Of a stretch of DNA of 20,007 nt, positions 8,068 to 17,289 are shown piece after piece. The stretch lies in the NCBI GenBank assembly GCA_046726415.1, contig JBKPAK010000307.1:1-20007 (forward strand). Direction: 5' to 3'. Position 1 is the stretch's first letter. The number at the start of each line of letters is the position of its first letter. The stretch is from Candidatus Methylomirabilota bacterium. GTDB lineage: Bacteria > Methylomirabilota > Methylomirabilia > Rokubacteriales > CSP1-6. The notes below the pieces were generated by a model. That model was not told where the DNA came from, ran no database searches, and saw only the letters and a list, made by a program, of their open reading frames with translations. The position numbers and the translations under genes were made by a program.

Positions 8068-9969
8068 TTGAGAACACTCACCGGCTTCATCCCATTCGCG
8101 GTACTCGTACTTCTCACTCGTCAACTTCATCGGCGATGGGATTCTTGGCGGGAGTCCATCCTGTCGGCCGCCATTGTCTGGGGTGTCGCCATCACGATCA
8201 TCACCGAAGGGCTGAGCCTCTTCGGGCTGCTTTCCTTCGCATGGGTCCTCGCGGCATGGTTGGCTTTCGCCGTCGTTATCGCGACGTACTGGGTGCCGGC
8301 CAGACCCATCCGGCATGACACGCCGTTCGCCGCTCCGGTGGTGGGCCGCTGGTGGTCTGTGTTGGCTGGCCTGGCCGTCATTGTCTCAGCGGTGGGAGTC
8401 ACGGCCGTGGCGGCGCCACCCAACACCACGGACTCCCTCGTCTACCACATGCCTCGGGTGGTGCACTGGATCCAGAACGGCAGCGTCGCCCACTACCCAA
8501 CTCACGTCCTTCGGCAGCTTCACCTCGGGCCGTGGGCTGAATTCGCGATCCTTCAGCCGCAGGTTCTGAGTGGCGGGGACCGATTCGCCAACCTCATCCA
8601 GTGGCTCGCCATGCTCGGCAGCCTGGTCGGTGTGTCCTTGATTGTCCGGCAGCTCGGCGGGCATGTGCGCGGCCAGATTCTCGCCGCGGTCGTGTGCGCG
8701 ACGATCCCCATGGGGATCCTTCAGGCGTCGGGGACACAGAACGACTACGTCGTGTCGTTCTGGCTGGTGTGCTTCGTATACTACGGGTGCGTTTTCACCA
8801 GGCCTGAGGGCGGCGGCGGTGCGGGGGCGGCTTGGTTGATGGGAGCCAGTCTGGGGCTCGCCGTCCTCACCAAGGCGACGGCCTACATTGTGGCCCTTCC
8901 CTTCCTGGCATGGATCCTGTTTAGCGCATGGACTGGCCCACTCCGCCGCGGGAAGGCGATCGCCATCATCGCACTCGCGGTGTTAGCCCTCAATGCGGGG
9001 CCCTACTGGCGCAACTTGCGAATCTACGGATCGCCGCTCGGTCCCGGTCGTGAGGGGCCCTTTGTTTACGCCAGCGAGGCGTTCTCTCCCGCTTCACTGG
9101 TTTCCAACGCGGTGCGCAACATCGCCCTGCATCTGGGCACGCCGAACGCACGTGTCAACGCCATGCTCGAGCGCGGAGTTGGGTGGCTCCACGATCAGGT
9201 CGGGGCCGAAGTTAACGACCCCAAGACGACCTGGCTCGGTACAGCCTTCCGGGTCGCCGCGCCCAGGCTCCACGAGGACTTCGCAGGCAATCCCGCCCAT
9301 GTGGGGTTGATTGCCGTATCGTGCACGATGCTCACGCTGGTCCCTACTTTGCGGCGTCGCCTAGGCCTGCTCGCCTACAGCAGCGCCCTCGTCGCCGCCT
9401 TTCTGATATTCGCGATGTACCTGAAGTGGCAGCCCTGGCACAGTCGCCTGCACCTTCCCCTGTTCGTGCTGTGGTGTCCGGTTATCGCCGTGATATGGGA
9501 GCGCTATCGACGGGTGTGCGGCATCCTGGCCGTTTTTCTGCTGCTCCTGTCGGTGCCGTGGGTAGTCTACAACAAGTCGCGCCCCCTACTGGGACCCCAC
9601 ACCGCGATCGCGCGCAGTCGTGTAGACCAGTATTTTGTCAACCGCATGGACCTGCGCGAGCCCTACGCCGCCGCCATGCAAAAAATCCAAGAGGTCGGCT
9701 GCTCCAGACTTGGCTTATGGGTTGACGACACACCGGAATACCCGCTTTGGGTTCTTGCCGGTCAGAAGGAAAGCGCAACCAGAATTGAACACACCTACGT
9801 CAACAACGAGTCGGCGCGCTCATTTTCGGTCGCGGCCGCTTCATTCGACCCTTGCGCGATGCTCCTCATCATGGCCCATCCATCGATTCCGGCCACCCTC
9901 CCCTTCCGCGGGTCGGTTTACACGTTGCGGCTCCGCGTACCGCCCGTTAGCCTGTTCCTGCGGGACTAG
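8068..9969 (+). CDS. GT-C glycosyltransferase (GT39/ArnT/PMT_2-like)
   Basis: 633 aa polytopic protein with APPNTTDSLVYHMPRVVHWIQNGSVAHY, QASGTQNDY, GLAVLTKATAY and KWQPWHSRLHLPLF, and a soluble C-terminal domain. The TTG start is uncertain. Confidence 0.85.
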   Translation: MRTLTGFIPFAVLVLLTRQLHRRWDSWRESILSAAIVWGVAITIITEGLSLFGLLSFAWVLAAWLAFAVVIATYWVPARPIRHDTPFAAPVVGRWWSVLAGLAVIVSAVGVTAVAAPPNTTDSLVYHMPRVVHWIQNGSVAHYPTHVLRQLHLGPWAEFAILQPQVLSGGDRFANLIQWLAMLGSLVGVSLIVRQLGGHVRGQILAAVVCATIPMGILQASGTQNDYVVSFWLVCFVYYGCVFTRPEGGGGAGAAWLMGASLGLAVLTKATAYIVALPFLAWILFSAWTGPLRRGKAIAIIALAVLALNAGPYWRNLRIYGSPLGPGREGPFVYASEAFSPASLVSNAVRNIALHLGTPNARVNAMLERGVGWLHDQVGAEVNDPKTTWLGTAFRVAAPRLHEDFAGNPAHVGLIAVSCTMLTLVPTLRRRLGLLAYSSALVAAFLIFAMYLKWQPWHSRLHLPLFVLWCPVIAVIWERYRRVCGILAVFLLLLSVPWVVYNKSRPLLGPHTAIARSRVDQYFVNRMDLREPYAAAMQKIQEVGCSRLGLWVDDTPEYPLWVLAGQKESATRIEHTYVNNESARSFSVAAASFDPCAMLLIMAHPSIPATLPFRGSVYTLRLRVPPVSLFLRD

Positions 9970-10049
9970 ACCACCACTCGGATGGTGAGGACCCCGCTTG
10001 GGGGCCACGCATTGCCGGCCGATCCTCCCTCCCCACGCTCGCTCTCTAG

Positions 10050-10364
10050 GTGACCGACCCTCGCGATCAATCTGATGGGAAACGCCCGAGCAAGTGGCTC
10101 GACCGGCACCACAACCGGTGAGTCTGCCCGACGTGGGATCCCGGGATGAGCCTATGTTCGCTACGCCGACTTGCTAGAATCTCCCGTAACCCGACCGCGT
10201 CGACCTCTGCGGCCGACAAGCCGGCCAGGCGGCTCCGAAACGGCCGTCGATCAGCCCTCACGCACCCGCAATTCTCCGGTGGAGTCGTCGTCGTGAATCG
10301 TTGGTGATGTGTGGACTGAGGCCGCTAGTAGCGTCGGGTGAGTGCCGCTCGCGGGCGGCCGCCC
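10050..10364 (+). repeat. Copy B of the degenerate repeat; includes a second dppC 3'-end remnant
   Basis: Translates TLAINLMGNA, then after a 1-nt deletion WLDRHHNR*. The TGA at 10119-10121 is at the same relative position as the copy A stop. Confidence 0.8.
10172..10180 (+). promoter_or_regulatory. Candidate extended -10 element (TG-C-TAGAAT) upstream of the 10437 gene
   Basis: tgctagaat; the homologous position in copy A reads tagatt (7445-7450). No clear -35 element. Confidence 0.35.
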
Positions 10365-10436
10365 TGAGGTTACCAAGGTGAGCTGCGCCTCCACCCGGCC
10401 GGGGCGCCCACGCCGCTAGCGCCTGAAAGGTGTTCG

Positions 10437-12407
10437 ATGAACTACCTTCTCTTTGGGCTCAGCCTGACCCTGGCCATCCTAGCAGGGCGACATTCCTCGC
10501 CGCGGCTCTCTCAAAGCGAAGGCGCCGGGTTATGGATCACCATTCTCGTGGGGCTCCTGTCCTTTGGTGTCACCGCCCAGCTGACATCGTTCGCCTCACT
10601 CTTGCGCCCCTGGGCCGTGCTGCTCGTGCAGGCCGGGCTCCTAGTAGGACTGTGGTGCTGGTGGAAGGTTCCGTCGGCGGTCACCACCCGCATGGAAATG
10701 TTTCGCCCCCTCCGAAATTCGGTGCCGTGTTGGGTTCTCCTCCTTCTGCTTGGCGCGTTTATGATCTTGAACGTCACCCACGTCGCCCTCGCTCCCATCC
10801 TCCACGGCGACGAGGTCAACTACAATGCTTCACGTCCAGCCTACTGGATCCAAGATGACTCCCTCCTGCCCCGACTCACGCACAACTATCGCCAGTATCT
10901 CTTCCACTCCGGCGGGGAGTATCTCTTTCTGTGGCCGCTTCTATTCACCCGTCATGAGCCAATCGGCCGGGTCTTCTTCTGGCTGTGCGTGCCCCTGACC
11001 CTAGCGGGTGTGTATCTCTTGGCTCGCAAGCTGGGCGCCAGTCGAGTATTCGCCCTTTCCGGAACCGTTCTCCTGGCCTTCGCGCCTCAGTTCCACGCGC
11101 ACAGTATCGTGCGAAAGCCAGACTTGTGGACGGCTTTCTTTCTCTGCGGGGCCTCCTGGTTCCTCGCGGACGCCTGGCAGGAGGAGAAGCGCCGGACCAG
11201 CTCCTCTCCCGCCATCGCGGCCGCCTTCATTGGGTTGGCCTCCTCGACGCGGGTGCTCTACTCACCACTCATCCTGTTTCCCGTCGCCATCGCGCTTATA
11301 GGCCAGCCCGAGGCGCGCCGGCGCCGCCTGCTCGCCGTGGCCGGAGGATTCCTGGTGGCGGCCCTGGCCTTCGGCTATTTCTCCCCCTTCGTGTTCAGCT
11401 GGAGGGAATTCGGTCACCCGATAGGGCCAGCGAGCTTTCGCCAAGAGTATGGCCATCCCTGGGACTGGCCAACCGTGCGTACCTATCTCACGCGGGTCGG
11501 TATGGAGCTGCTGGAGCCGCCCCAATTGCCCGTTCCCAGGGCCCGACTGTGGTTACAAGACACCGGACGCGGGGTTATGAAGACGCTGGCCACCGATCAC
11601 AACTTAAAGGGCGAGCGGGACGCCGGAGCGTGGCCGGGGACCTACGTGTTCCGAGTGACCCACCCGCCCTCGCGGTACGCTCTGGGCGGGCTTCTAGGCT
11701 TGATGAGTCTGCTCTTGATCCCCGCGAGCTACGTGGTGAGGGGATTTCGGCACTGCACTTGGAAGATGAAGTCTTGGGAGCTGATCGCGGCATTCGGGGC
11801 GCTGGCCCTGATTGCCGCGACCCTCTCGATTCGCTGGCAATCCCACAGCGAGATTCCCCTCCGCCTGATGGTGAGCCCAATGGCCGTGATACTGAGCGCG
11901 GGCGCGGCCTGGGCGACCCAACTGCTTCGGCAGCGGCTCGTGTGGTCCGCCTTGCTGTTGTTTCTGATCCTCTACAACGCCATGCCCATACTACGGTGGT
12001 CTTGCGTCATCGCCGTTGCCCGCCTTCGTGAGCCCGGTCCGGCCCTGAAGGAGCTGGAAGGGCCGTTCCATCCAGCTCTGCGCCACCTGGCGGAGGGTTC
12101 GCGAATCCTGTATGTGGGCGGCGTCAACTCCGCGGACTATCCACTCTTCGGGGCTTCCTTTGGTTATAGCCGCGTCGTAATACCGTGGGGTCCACATGCT
12201 TTCGACGAGCGCCGCTTGACGACCGTCCTTGAAAGCGAGCGACCAAGCCACGTCCTGATCGAAAACCGAAATGCTGTCCATATCGGCGTCGCCCCCGATA
12301 TCAATACGGAAGCCATGGGTGCATGGTTGGCGACTCAGCCAAGATGGGAGGAGGTGCCCCTCACGGACTCTGAAGTGCGGCTCTTCCGACGCCACACGCG
12401 TCTTTGA
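10437..12407 (+). CDS. GT-C glycosyltransferase (GT39/ArnT/PMT_2-like), distant paralogue of 8068-9969
   Basis: 656 aa, with an SD-like AAAGGTG before the ATG. The loop APILHGDEVNYNASRPAYWIQDDS...THNYRQ aligns by eye with APPNTTDSLVYHMPRVVHWIQNGS...THVLRQ. It has a DE acidic dyad, many TM helices, and a C-terminal domain with DYPLFG. Confidence 0.8.
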   Translation: MNYLLFGLSLTLAILAGRHSSPRLSQSEGAGLWITILVGLLSFGVTAQLTSFASLLRPWAVLLVQAGLLVGLWCWWKVPSAVTTRMEMFRPLRNSVPCWVLLLLLGAFMILNVTHVALAPILHGDEVNYNASRPAYWIQDDSLLPRLTHNYRQYLFHSGGEYLFLWPLLFTRHEPIGRVFFWLCVPLTLAGVYLLARKLGASRVFALSGTVLLAFAPQFHAHSIVRKPDLWTAFFLCGASWFLADAWQEEKRRTSSSPAIAAAFIGLASSTRVLYSPLILFPVAIALIGQPEARRRRLLAVAGGFLVAALAFGYFSPFVFSWREFGHPIGPASFRQEYGHPWDWPTVRTYLTRVGMELLEPPQLPVPRARLWLQDTGRGVMKTLATDHNLKGERDAGAWPGTYVFRVTHPPSRYALGGLLGLMSLLLIPASYVVRGFRHCTWKMKSWELIAAFGALALIAATLSIRWQSHSEIPLRLMVSPMAVILSAGAAWATQLLRQRLVWSALLLFLILYNAMPILRWSCVIAVARLREPGPALKELEGPFHPALRHLAEGSRILYVGGVNSADYPLFGASFGYSRVVIPWGPHAFDERRLTTVLESERPSHVLIENRNAVHIGVAPDINTEAMGAWLATQPRWEEVPLTDSEVRLFRRHTRL

Positions 12408-12563
12408 GGGAAAACTGCCGCTGATGGTCCGTGACTGCCGGCTCGACCTCGATGACCTGCGCCACGGGCGTCGCGTGCGGTTCTCAAGGGCTCGTGGAAG
12501 GCGCCGGCCGGCCGACATCGTCAAGACCGCCTACTTCGCCCGCACGGCCCGATTCACCGGAGC

Positions 12564-13286
12564 GTGACTTTGGCGACGCCCGCGACCACACCGCTGGTAT
12601 CTATAATCATTCCCGCCTACAACGAAGAGCGGTTCATCCGCGAGATCATCAAGCGGGTACGAGCAGGCTCGACCACTCTGTCGTGCGAGATCGTGGTGGT
12701 CGATGACGCCTCCCATGATGCGACCGTGTCGGTCGTCGAGCAGCTCATCGGGGAAGGGAAAGACGATCTCCGCCTGATCCGACATCCGGTTAATCGGGGC
12801 AAGGGAGCGGCCCTCCGCACGGGCCTGGCCGAAGCGCGCGGCGACATCATCATCATCCAAGACGCTGACCTCGAGTACGATCCCCGCGACTATCCCCGTC
12901 TCCTGGAGCCCATCCTGGAGGAGCACGCCGACGTGGTCTTCGGCAATCGATTCCACGGAGGCCCTCACCGAGTCCTCTACTTCTGGCACTACACCGCCAA
13001 CAGGATCCTCACCCTCTTCACCAATCTCTTGACGGGCTTGAATCTCTCGGACATGGAAGTTGGCTACAAGGTCTTTCGCGCGGATGTTCTCCGCCGCCTC
13101 GACCTCACCGCCGAGCGGTTCGGCATCGAGCCCGAGCTGACGATCAAGGTGGCACGGCTGGGGGTGCGCGTCTACGAAGTGCCGATCCGCTACCATGGTC
13201 GCACCTACGCCGAAGGCAAGAAGATCACCTGGCGCGATGGCGCGGCCGCCCTCTTCCACATCGTGCGCTATCGCTTCTTTGGCTGA
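12564..13286 (+). CDS. GT2 glycosyltransferase, DPM1/ArnC-like polyprenol-phosphate sugar synthase
   Basis: VSIIIPAYNEE, VVDDASHDAT, NRGKGAALRTG, IIQDADLEYDPRDY (DxD), DMEVGYKVFR, FGIEPELT and GRTYAEGKKITWRDG. GTG start. Confidence 0.92.
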   Translation: MTLATPATTPLVSIIIPAYNEERFIREIIKRVRAGSTTLSCEIVVVDDASHDATVSVVEQLIGEGKDDLRLIRHPVNRGKGAALRTGLAEARGDIIIIQDADLEYDPRDYPRLLEPILEEHADVVFGNRFHGGPHRVLYFWHYTANRILTLFTNLLTGLNLSDMEVGYKVFRADVLRRLDLTAERFGIEPELTIKVARLGVRVYEVPIRYHGRTYAEGKKITWRDGAAALFHIVRYRFFG

Positions 13287-13342
13287 GCGCATCCCGCGCC
13301 TCCCGGCATCGGCACACGACCGTTTACACGCGAGGGGACCCA

Positions 13343-13485
13343 GTACTCTTCGCGCTCGACGTTCTTCTCTGTCCCAGGTGCGGGGGCCGCCCGGCGGATC
13401 GTGGGCGTGTACACCGGAGGCGAGAGGCTCCGGGCGCTGCTCGAGCGGCTGGGGCTAGGCGATTGCTCCGCGGCCAAGGGATCCC
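13343..13485 (+). mobile_element. C-terminal remnant of an IS91/ISCR-family-like rolling-circle transposase
   Basis: VLFALDVLLCPRCGGR, then a +1 shift near 13391, then RRIVGVYTGGERLRALLERLGL. This matches the VFxxDxxxCPxCGGxxRII...xxILxHLGL C-terminal zinc-ribbon pattern of these transposases. Confidence 0.65.
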
Positions 13486-13686
13486 ACGATCTCCTCTGCC
13501 GGCGTAATCGAGGGAAAGACCGGAGTGGTGGCCGAGAAAGTGGGTCTCCAAGAATTTCACCGGCTTCATCATGACGAGCGCATTTACCAGCTCGCTGCCC
13601 GCGGGCCCTCGAGCACCAGCTCGTAACGGTCCTTGGTCTCGGGGGGTAGGCCTTCGCTACCTGACGTCGTGGGAACCTGAGGCTCC

Positions 13687-14214
13687 CTACCCCATGTCCA
13701 TTTCGCCCGCGCGTTTGATGCGATCGCCCGGGCGCATGTTGAGGACGGTTTCCGGGAAGAGATCGGCCAGCCAGCGCAAGACATCGCCACTGGTGATGAC
13801 GCCGACGGGACGGCCGTCGGCGTCGACGATCGGGACGGTCCGATAGCCTGCCACGCTCATGCAGTAGACGGCGTAGGCTACGCGGTCGTCGGCGGTGAGC
13901 GCCTCGGGGGCCGGGGTCATGACCTCGCGGAGCGTCGTGCGGCCCGGTTCCAGCTCACGGCCGACGACGCGAGTCAGCACGTCGCGTTCCGTGAAGATCC
14001 CGGTCAAGCGCCCCTCGCCGTCCACGATCAACACGCCGGCCTGGCGATGGGCGAGCATCGCCTGCGCAGCCTCGTGCACCGTGGCGGTCTCGCGCAGGCA
14101 CGGCGGCTCGACGGGCATCAGAGTCGCGACGGTGGCGTTGAGGGCCTCGGCGCTGATGCCCTTGATGTCGGGATCTGCGGTGTCGAAGTAGGCGTCGTCG
14201 TCCAGTTCACTCAT
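13687..14214 (-). CDS. CBS-domain pair protein
   Basis: TVHEAAQAM...VLIVDGEGRLTGIFTERDVLTRVV...EVMTPAPE...YRTVPIVDADGRPVGVITSGD. SD AGGAG upstream. Confidence 0.92.
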   Translation of the reverse strand: MSELDDDAYFDTADPDIKGISAEALNATVATLMPVEPPCLRETATVHEAAQAMLAHRQAGVLIVDGEGRLTGIFTERDVLTRVVGRELEPGRTTLREVMTPAPEALTADDRVAYAVYCMSVAGYRTVPIVDADGRPVGVITSGDVLRWLADLFPETVLNMRPGDRIKRAGEMDMG

Positions 14215-14343
14215 GGGTGCCGCTCCTGATCGGGCCGCCGCGCGCCTGGCCCATTGTTCGCGTAGCGAGGCCCGGGCCCGCGGCGTTCCGTTGAGTCGAG
14301 CCGGATCACCCCGACTATACTCCGAGTCGCCGGCTCCTCGGTT

Positions 14344-14871
14344 TCACGCTCCGGAGAACTTCTGGCTGTTCCCCATGTGCGGCCAGGCGTAAGCCTGGAC
14401 GTTGGCGAGAATCTGCTTGAGGTGATTGCGGTCGTGATGGACCCACTCGTGGAGGAGATCGCCCACGCGGAGATAACCCACCGTGGGATGCCGTCCGCCG
14501 CGCCCGAAGTCTGCCGCACTGAGTCGCCGAGCCAGGGCAATGCCATCGTGGCGCAGCGCCGTCAATTCCTCCAGCAGCGCGTCGACGTCGCGCGCATCGT
14601 CGCCGCGCGCCCGGGCTACCGCGTTCTGGTCCCACGGCTCGAGCGCGGGATCGTTTGCCTCGAGGATGATGCGGAGCCGGCCGGCGAAGCCGCGCCGCTC
14701 GGCCTCGATGAGATGGCCGATCACCTCCTTGACGCTCCACTCGCCCGGCGCGGGGTGCCATACGCGCAGCGGTTCTGCCAGCGCTGACGCCTCGACGCGA
14801 ATGGCGTCCAGCGACGCGCGCAGGAGCGCCGCCACCATGGTCGGATCGAGGGGCGCCGCCCTGGCCGTCAT
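14344..14871 (-). CDS. DinB/YfiT-family (DinB_2) putative metalloenzyme
   Basis: PAPGEWSVKEVIGHL...E and HEWVHHDRNHLKQI give the His triad. The start is placed at ATG 14871; the longer ORF N-terminus overlaps the acyl-CoA dehydrogenase out of frame. Confidence 0.88.
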   Translation of the reverse strand: MTARAAPLDPTMVAALLRASLDAIRVEASALAEPLRVWHPAPGEWSVKEVIGHLIEAERRGFAGRLRIILEANDPALEPWDQNAVARARGDDARDVDALLEELTALRHDGIALARRLSAADFGRGGRHPTVGYLRVGDLLHEWVHHDRNHLKQILANVQAYAWPHMGNSQKFSGA

Positions 14872-14915
14872 CTCACGAGTGTCGACGAATCGAGAAGCGA
14901 CACGGTTCCGCCGGT

Positions 14916-16064
14916 TTACCCACCACGTCGGGCTCCCCCTAGGGGGGCGGCCGCGGCCCGCAACACCAGCTCGCGGTGGTAGTCGGCGTCGCCGTATTGC
15001 ACTTCGAGGGCCTTGGCGCGCTTGAAGTAGATGTGCAGGTCGTACTCCCACGTGAAGCCGATGCCGCCGTGGACCTGGATGGCCTCGCCACACACCTTGC
15101 GGGAGGCGTCGTTCACGTAGGCCTTGGCCACGGAGGCCGCCAGCACGGCGTCCTCGGCGCCCGCGTCGAGCGCCCACGCCGCGTAGTACGCGGCGGAATG
15201 AGCGTTCTCGACGTCCAGCAGCATCTCGGCGCACTTGTGGCGAATGGCCTGGAAGGATCCGATGGGCTGGCCGAACTGCTCGCGGACCTTCGCGTACGAC
15301 ACCGACATGTCGAGGCAACGACGGGCCGCGCCGAGCATCTCGGCCGCCGCGCTCACGGCGCCCCGGCGCAGCACGTCCTCCAGCAGCGGCCCGGCCCTCC
15401 CGAGGTCGCCCAACACCGCGTCGGCGCCGACGCGCACGCCGTCCAAGGTGACCTGGCCGAGTCGGGTGGTGAGATCGATGCCCGTCATCATGGAGACGCT
15501 GAGCTTGCCGGCGGAGGCCGGGTCCACCAGGAAGAGTGAGAGCCCCTCGGCGCTGCGCGCCGGCACCAGCACGATATCGGCGATGGACGGCCACGGGACG
15601 AACTGCTTCAGGCCCGTCAACACCCACCCACTGCCACTCGGTTCGGCCCGGGTGGTCGTCGCGTGCGGATCCCAGTCCAGCTCGCGCTCGACCAGGGCGA
15701 TGGTCCCCCGTGCGCTACCGCTGGCGATGGCGGGGAGCCATCGCTTCTTCTGCGCCGGGGTGCCGGCGGCGTTGATCGCATGGCCGGCCAGCATGGTCGG
15801 CAGATACGGACCCGGGTAGGCGGCGCGCCCCATCTCCTCGAGGAGCACGGCCGTCTCCACCATGCCCAGGCCGCTGCCGCCGTGCTCTTCGGGCAGCGCC
15901 AGCCCGAGCCAGCCGAGCTGCGCGATCTCCTTCCACAGGGCCTCGCTGTCGCCGCGCGGATCGTCGAACATCGCGCGCACGAACTCCGGCTTGCAGTGCT
16001 CGTCGAGGAAGGCGCGCGCGGAATTCTTCAGGAGCTGCTGATCGGAGCTGAACGCGAAATCCAT
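14916..16064 (-). CDS. Acyl-CoA dehydrogenase family protein (FadE27/FadE28-like shorter subunit)
   Basis: MDFAFSSDQQLL..., LPEEHGGSGLG, YAKVREQFGQPIGSFQAIRHK and IQVHGGIGFTWEYDLHIYFKRA. Confidence 0.93.
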   Translation of the reverse strand: MDFAFSSDQQLLKNSARAFLDEHCKPEFVRAMFDDPRGDSEALWKEIAQLGWLGLALPEEHGGSGLGMVETAVLLEEMGRAAYPGPYLPTMLAGHAINAAGTPAQKKRWLPAIASGSARGTIALVERELDWDPHATTTRAEPSGSGWVLTGLKQFVPWPSIADIVLVPARSAEGLSLFLVDPASAGKLSVSMMTGIDLTTRLGQVTLDGVRVGADAVLGDLGRAGPLLEDVLRRGAVSAAAEMLGAARRCLDMSVSYAKVREQFGQPIGSFQAIRHKCAEMLLDVENAHSAAYYAAWALDAGAEDAVLAASVAKAYVNDASRKVCGEAIQVHGGIGFTWEYDLHIYFKRAKALEVQYGDADYHRELVLRAAAAPLGGARRGG

Positions 16065-16074
16065 GGCGCTCTCC

Positions 16075-17289
16075 CTACCCCTTCATGCGGTCGACCCGCA
16101 CTTCCTTGGGCAGCCCGAGCACGCGCTCCCCAATGACGTTCTTCTGGATCTCCGAGGAGCCGGAGTAGATCGTCCCCGCCCGAGACCACAGGAAGGCGTA
16201 GGCCCAGCTGCCACGCACTCCCGACGAGGAATCGATGTCCAGCGTGAACTCCTCGAGCCCGCCGCCCTCGGTGATCTGCCCGTACGGGCCGAGGATCTCC
16301 TGGCACAGCTCGTAGTAACGCTTCTCGAACTCGCTGTAGGAAAGCTTGGTGATCGACGAGGCCGCCCCGGGCTCGGAACCCTTCTCGAGGGCAGACAGGA
16401 CGCGGAGCGCGGCGTAGCGCTGCACTTCCAGCTCGGTATACATCCGGCCCATCTTCGTCCGGACCACGGGATCCTCGAAGAGTGGGCGGCCGTGCCGCCT
16501 GAGCGTCTTCGTGGCCTGCACCAGCCGATCGAAGGCGGCCCTGTAGCGCGTGACGCGACCCAGTGAGTTGCCGCCGCGCTCGTACCCGAGCGTAGTCTGC
16601 GCGATCTCCCAGCCCTGACCCAGCCGGCCGATGAGGTTTTCCTTCTCGACCCTGGCGTTGGTCATGAAGACTTCATTGAACTCCGCGCCCCCCGTGATCT
16701 GCTTGAGGGGTCGCACCTCCACCCCGGGCTGGCGCATGTTGAAGAGGAAGCAGGAAATCCCCCTGTGCTTGGGCACGTGGGGATCGGTGCGCGCCAGGAG
16801 GATACCGAAGTCGGCGATGTGGCCGCTCGAGGTCCAGATCTTCTGGCCGTTCACGAGGAAGTGGTCGCCCTGATCCTCGGCCCGCGTGCGCAAGCTGGCC
16901 AGGTCAGAGCCTGAGTTGGGCTCCGAGTAGAGCTGGCACCAGATCTCCTCGGCCGTCAGGATCTTCTTGAGATAGCGCTGCTTCTGCCACTCGGTGCCGT
17001 GGATGATGATGGTCGGGCCGATGAACCCGATGCCCAGCCCGTTAATGGGGGCAGGAGCATTGGCGTGCGCCATCTCGTCGGCGGCAATGGCCATGCGCAT
17101 CGGCCCCCACCCCTGGCCGCCGAACTCCTTGGGCCAGTGCATGCCCACGTAGCCCGCGTCGTACATCTGGCGGTGCCACTGCTTGCGCTCGTCGAGCGTC
17201 TTCAGCTCCTGCTGGGGAACGTTGGCCACCAGCCAGCGCCGGGTCTTCTCGCGGAACGCCAGATCCTCTGGCGAGTAGTTCAGGTCCAT
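16075..17289 (-). CDS. Acyl-CoA dehydrogenase family protein (FadE17/26/29-like subunit)
   Basis: WCQLYSEPNSGSDLASLRTRA, VNGQKIWTS, EFNEVF, TLGYERG and TIYSGSSEIQKNVIGERVLGLP. SD GGGAGG. Confidence 0.95.
   Translation of the reverse strand: MDLNYSPEDLAFREKTRRWLVANVPQQELKTLDERKQWHRQMYDAGYVGMHWPKEFGGQGWGPMRMAIAADEMAHANAPAPINGLGIGFIGPTIIIHGTEWQKQRYLKKILTAEEIWCQLYSEPNSGSDLASLRTRAEDQGDHFLVNGQKIWTSSGHIADFGILLARTDPHVPKHRGISCFLFNMRQPGVEVRPLKQITGGAEFNEVFMTNARVEKENLIGRLGQGWEIAQTTLGYERGGNSLGRVTRYRAAFDRLVQATKTLRRHGRPLFEDPVVRTKMGRMYTELEVQRYAALRVLSALEKGSEPGAASSITKLSYSEFEKRYYELCQEILGPYGQITEGGGLEEFTLDIDSSSGVRGSWAYAFLWSRAGTIYSGSSEIQKNVIGERVLGLPKEVRVDRMKG

Noticed and set aside
14872..15627. N-terminal extension of the 427-aa ORF
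   Set aside because: Alternative frame of the acyl-CoA dehydrogenase; only 14344-14871 looks like DinB.
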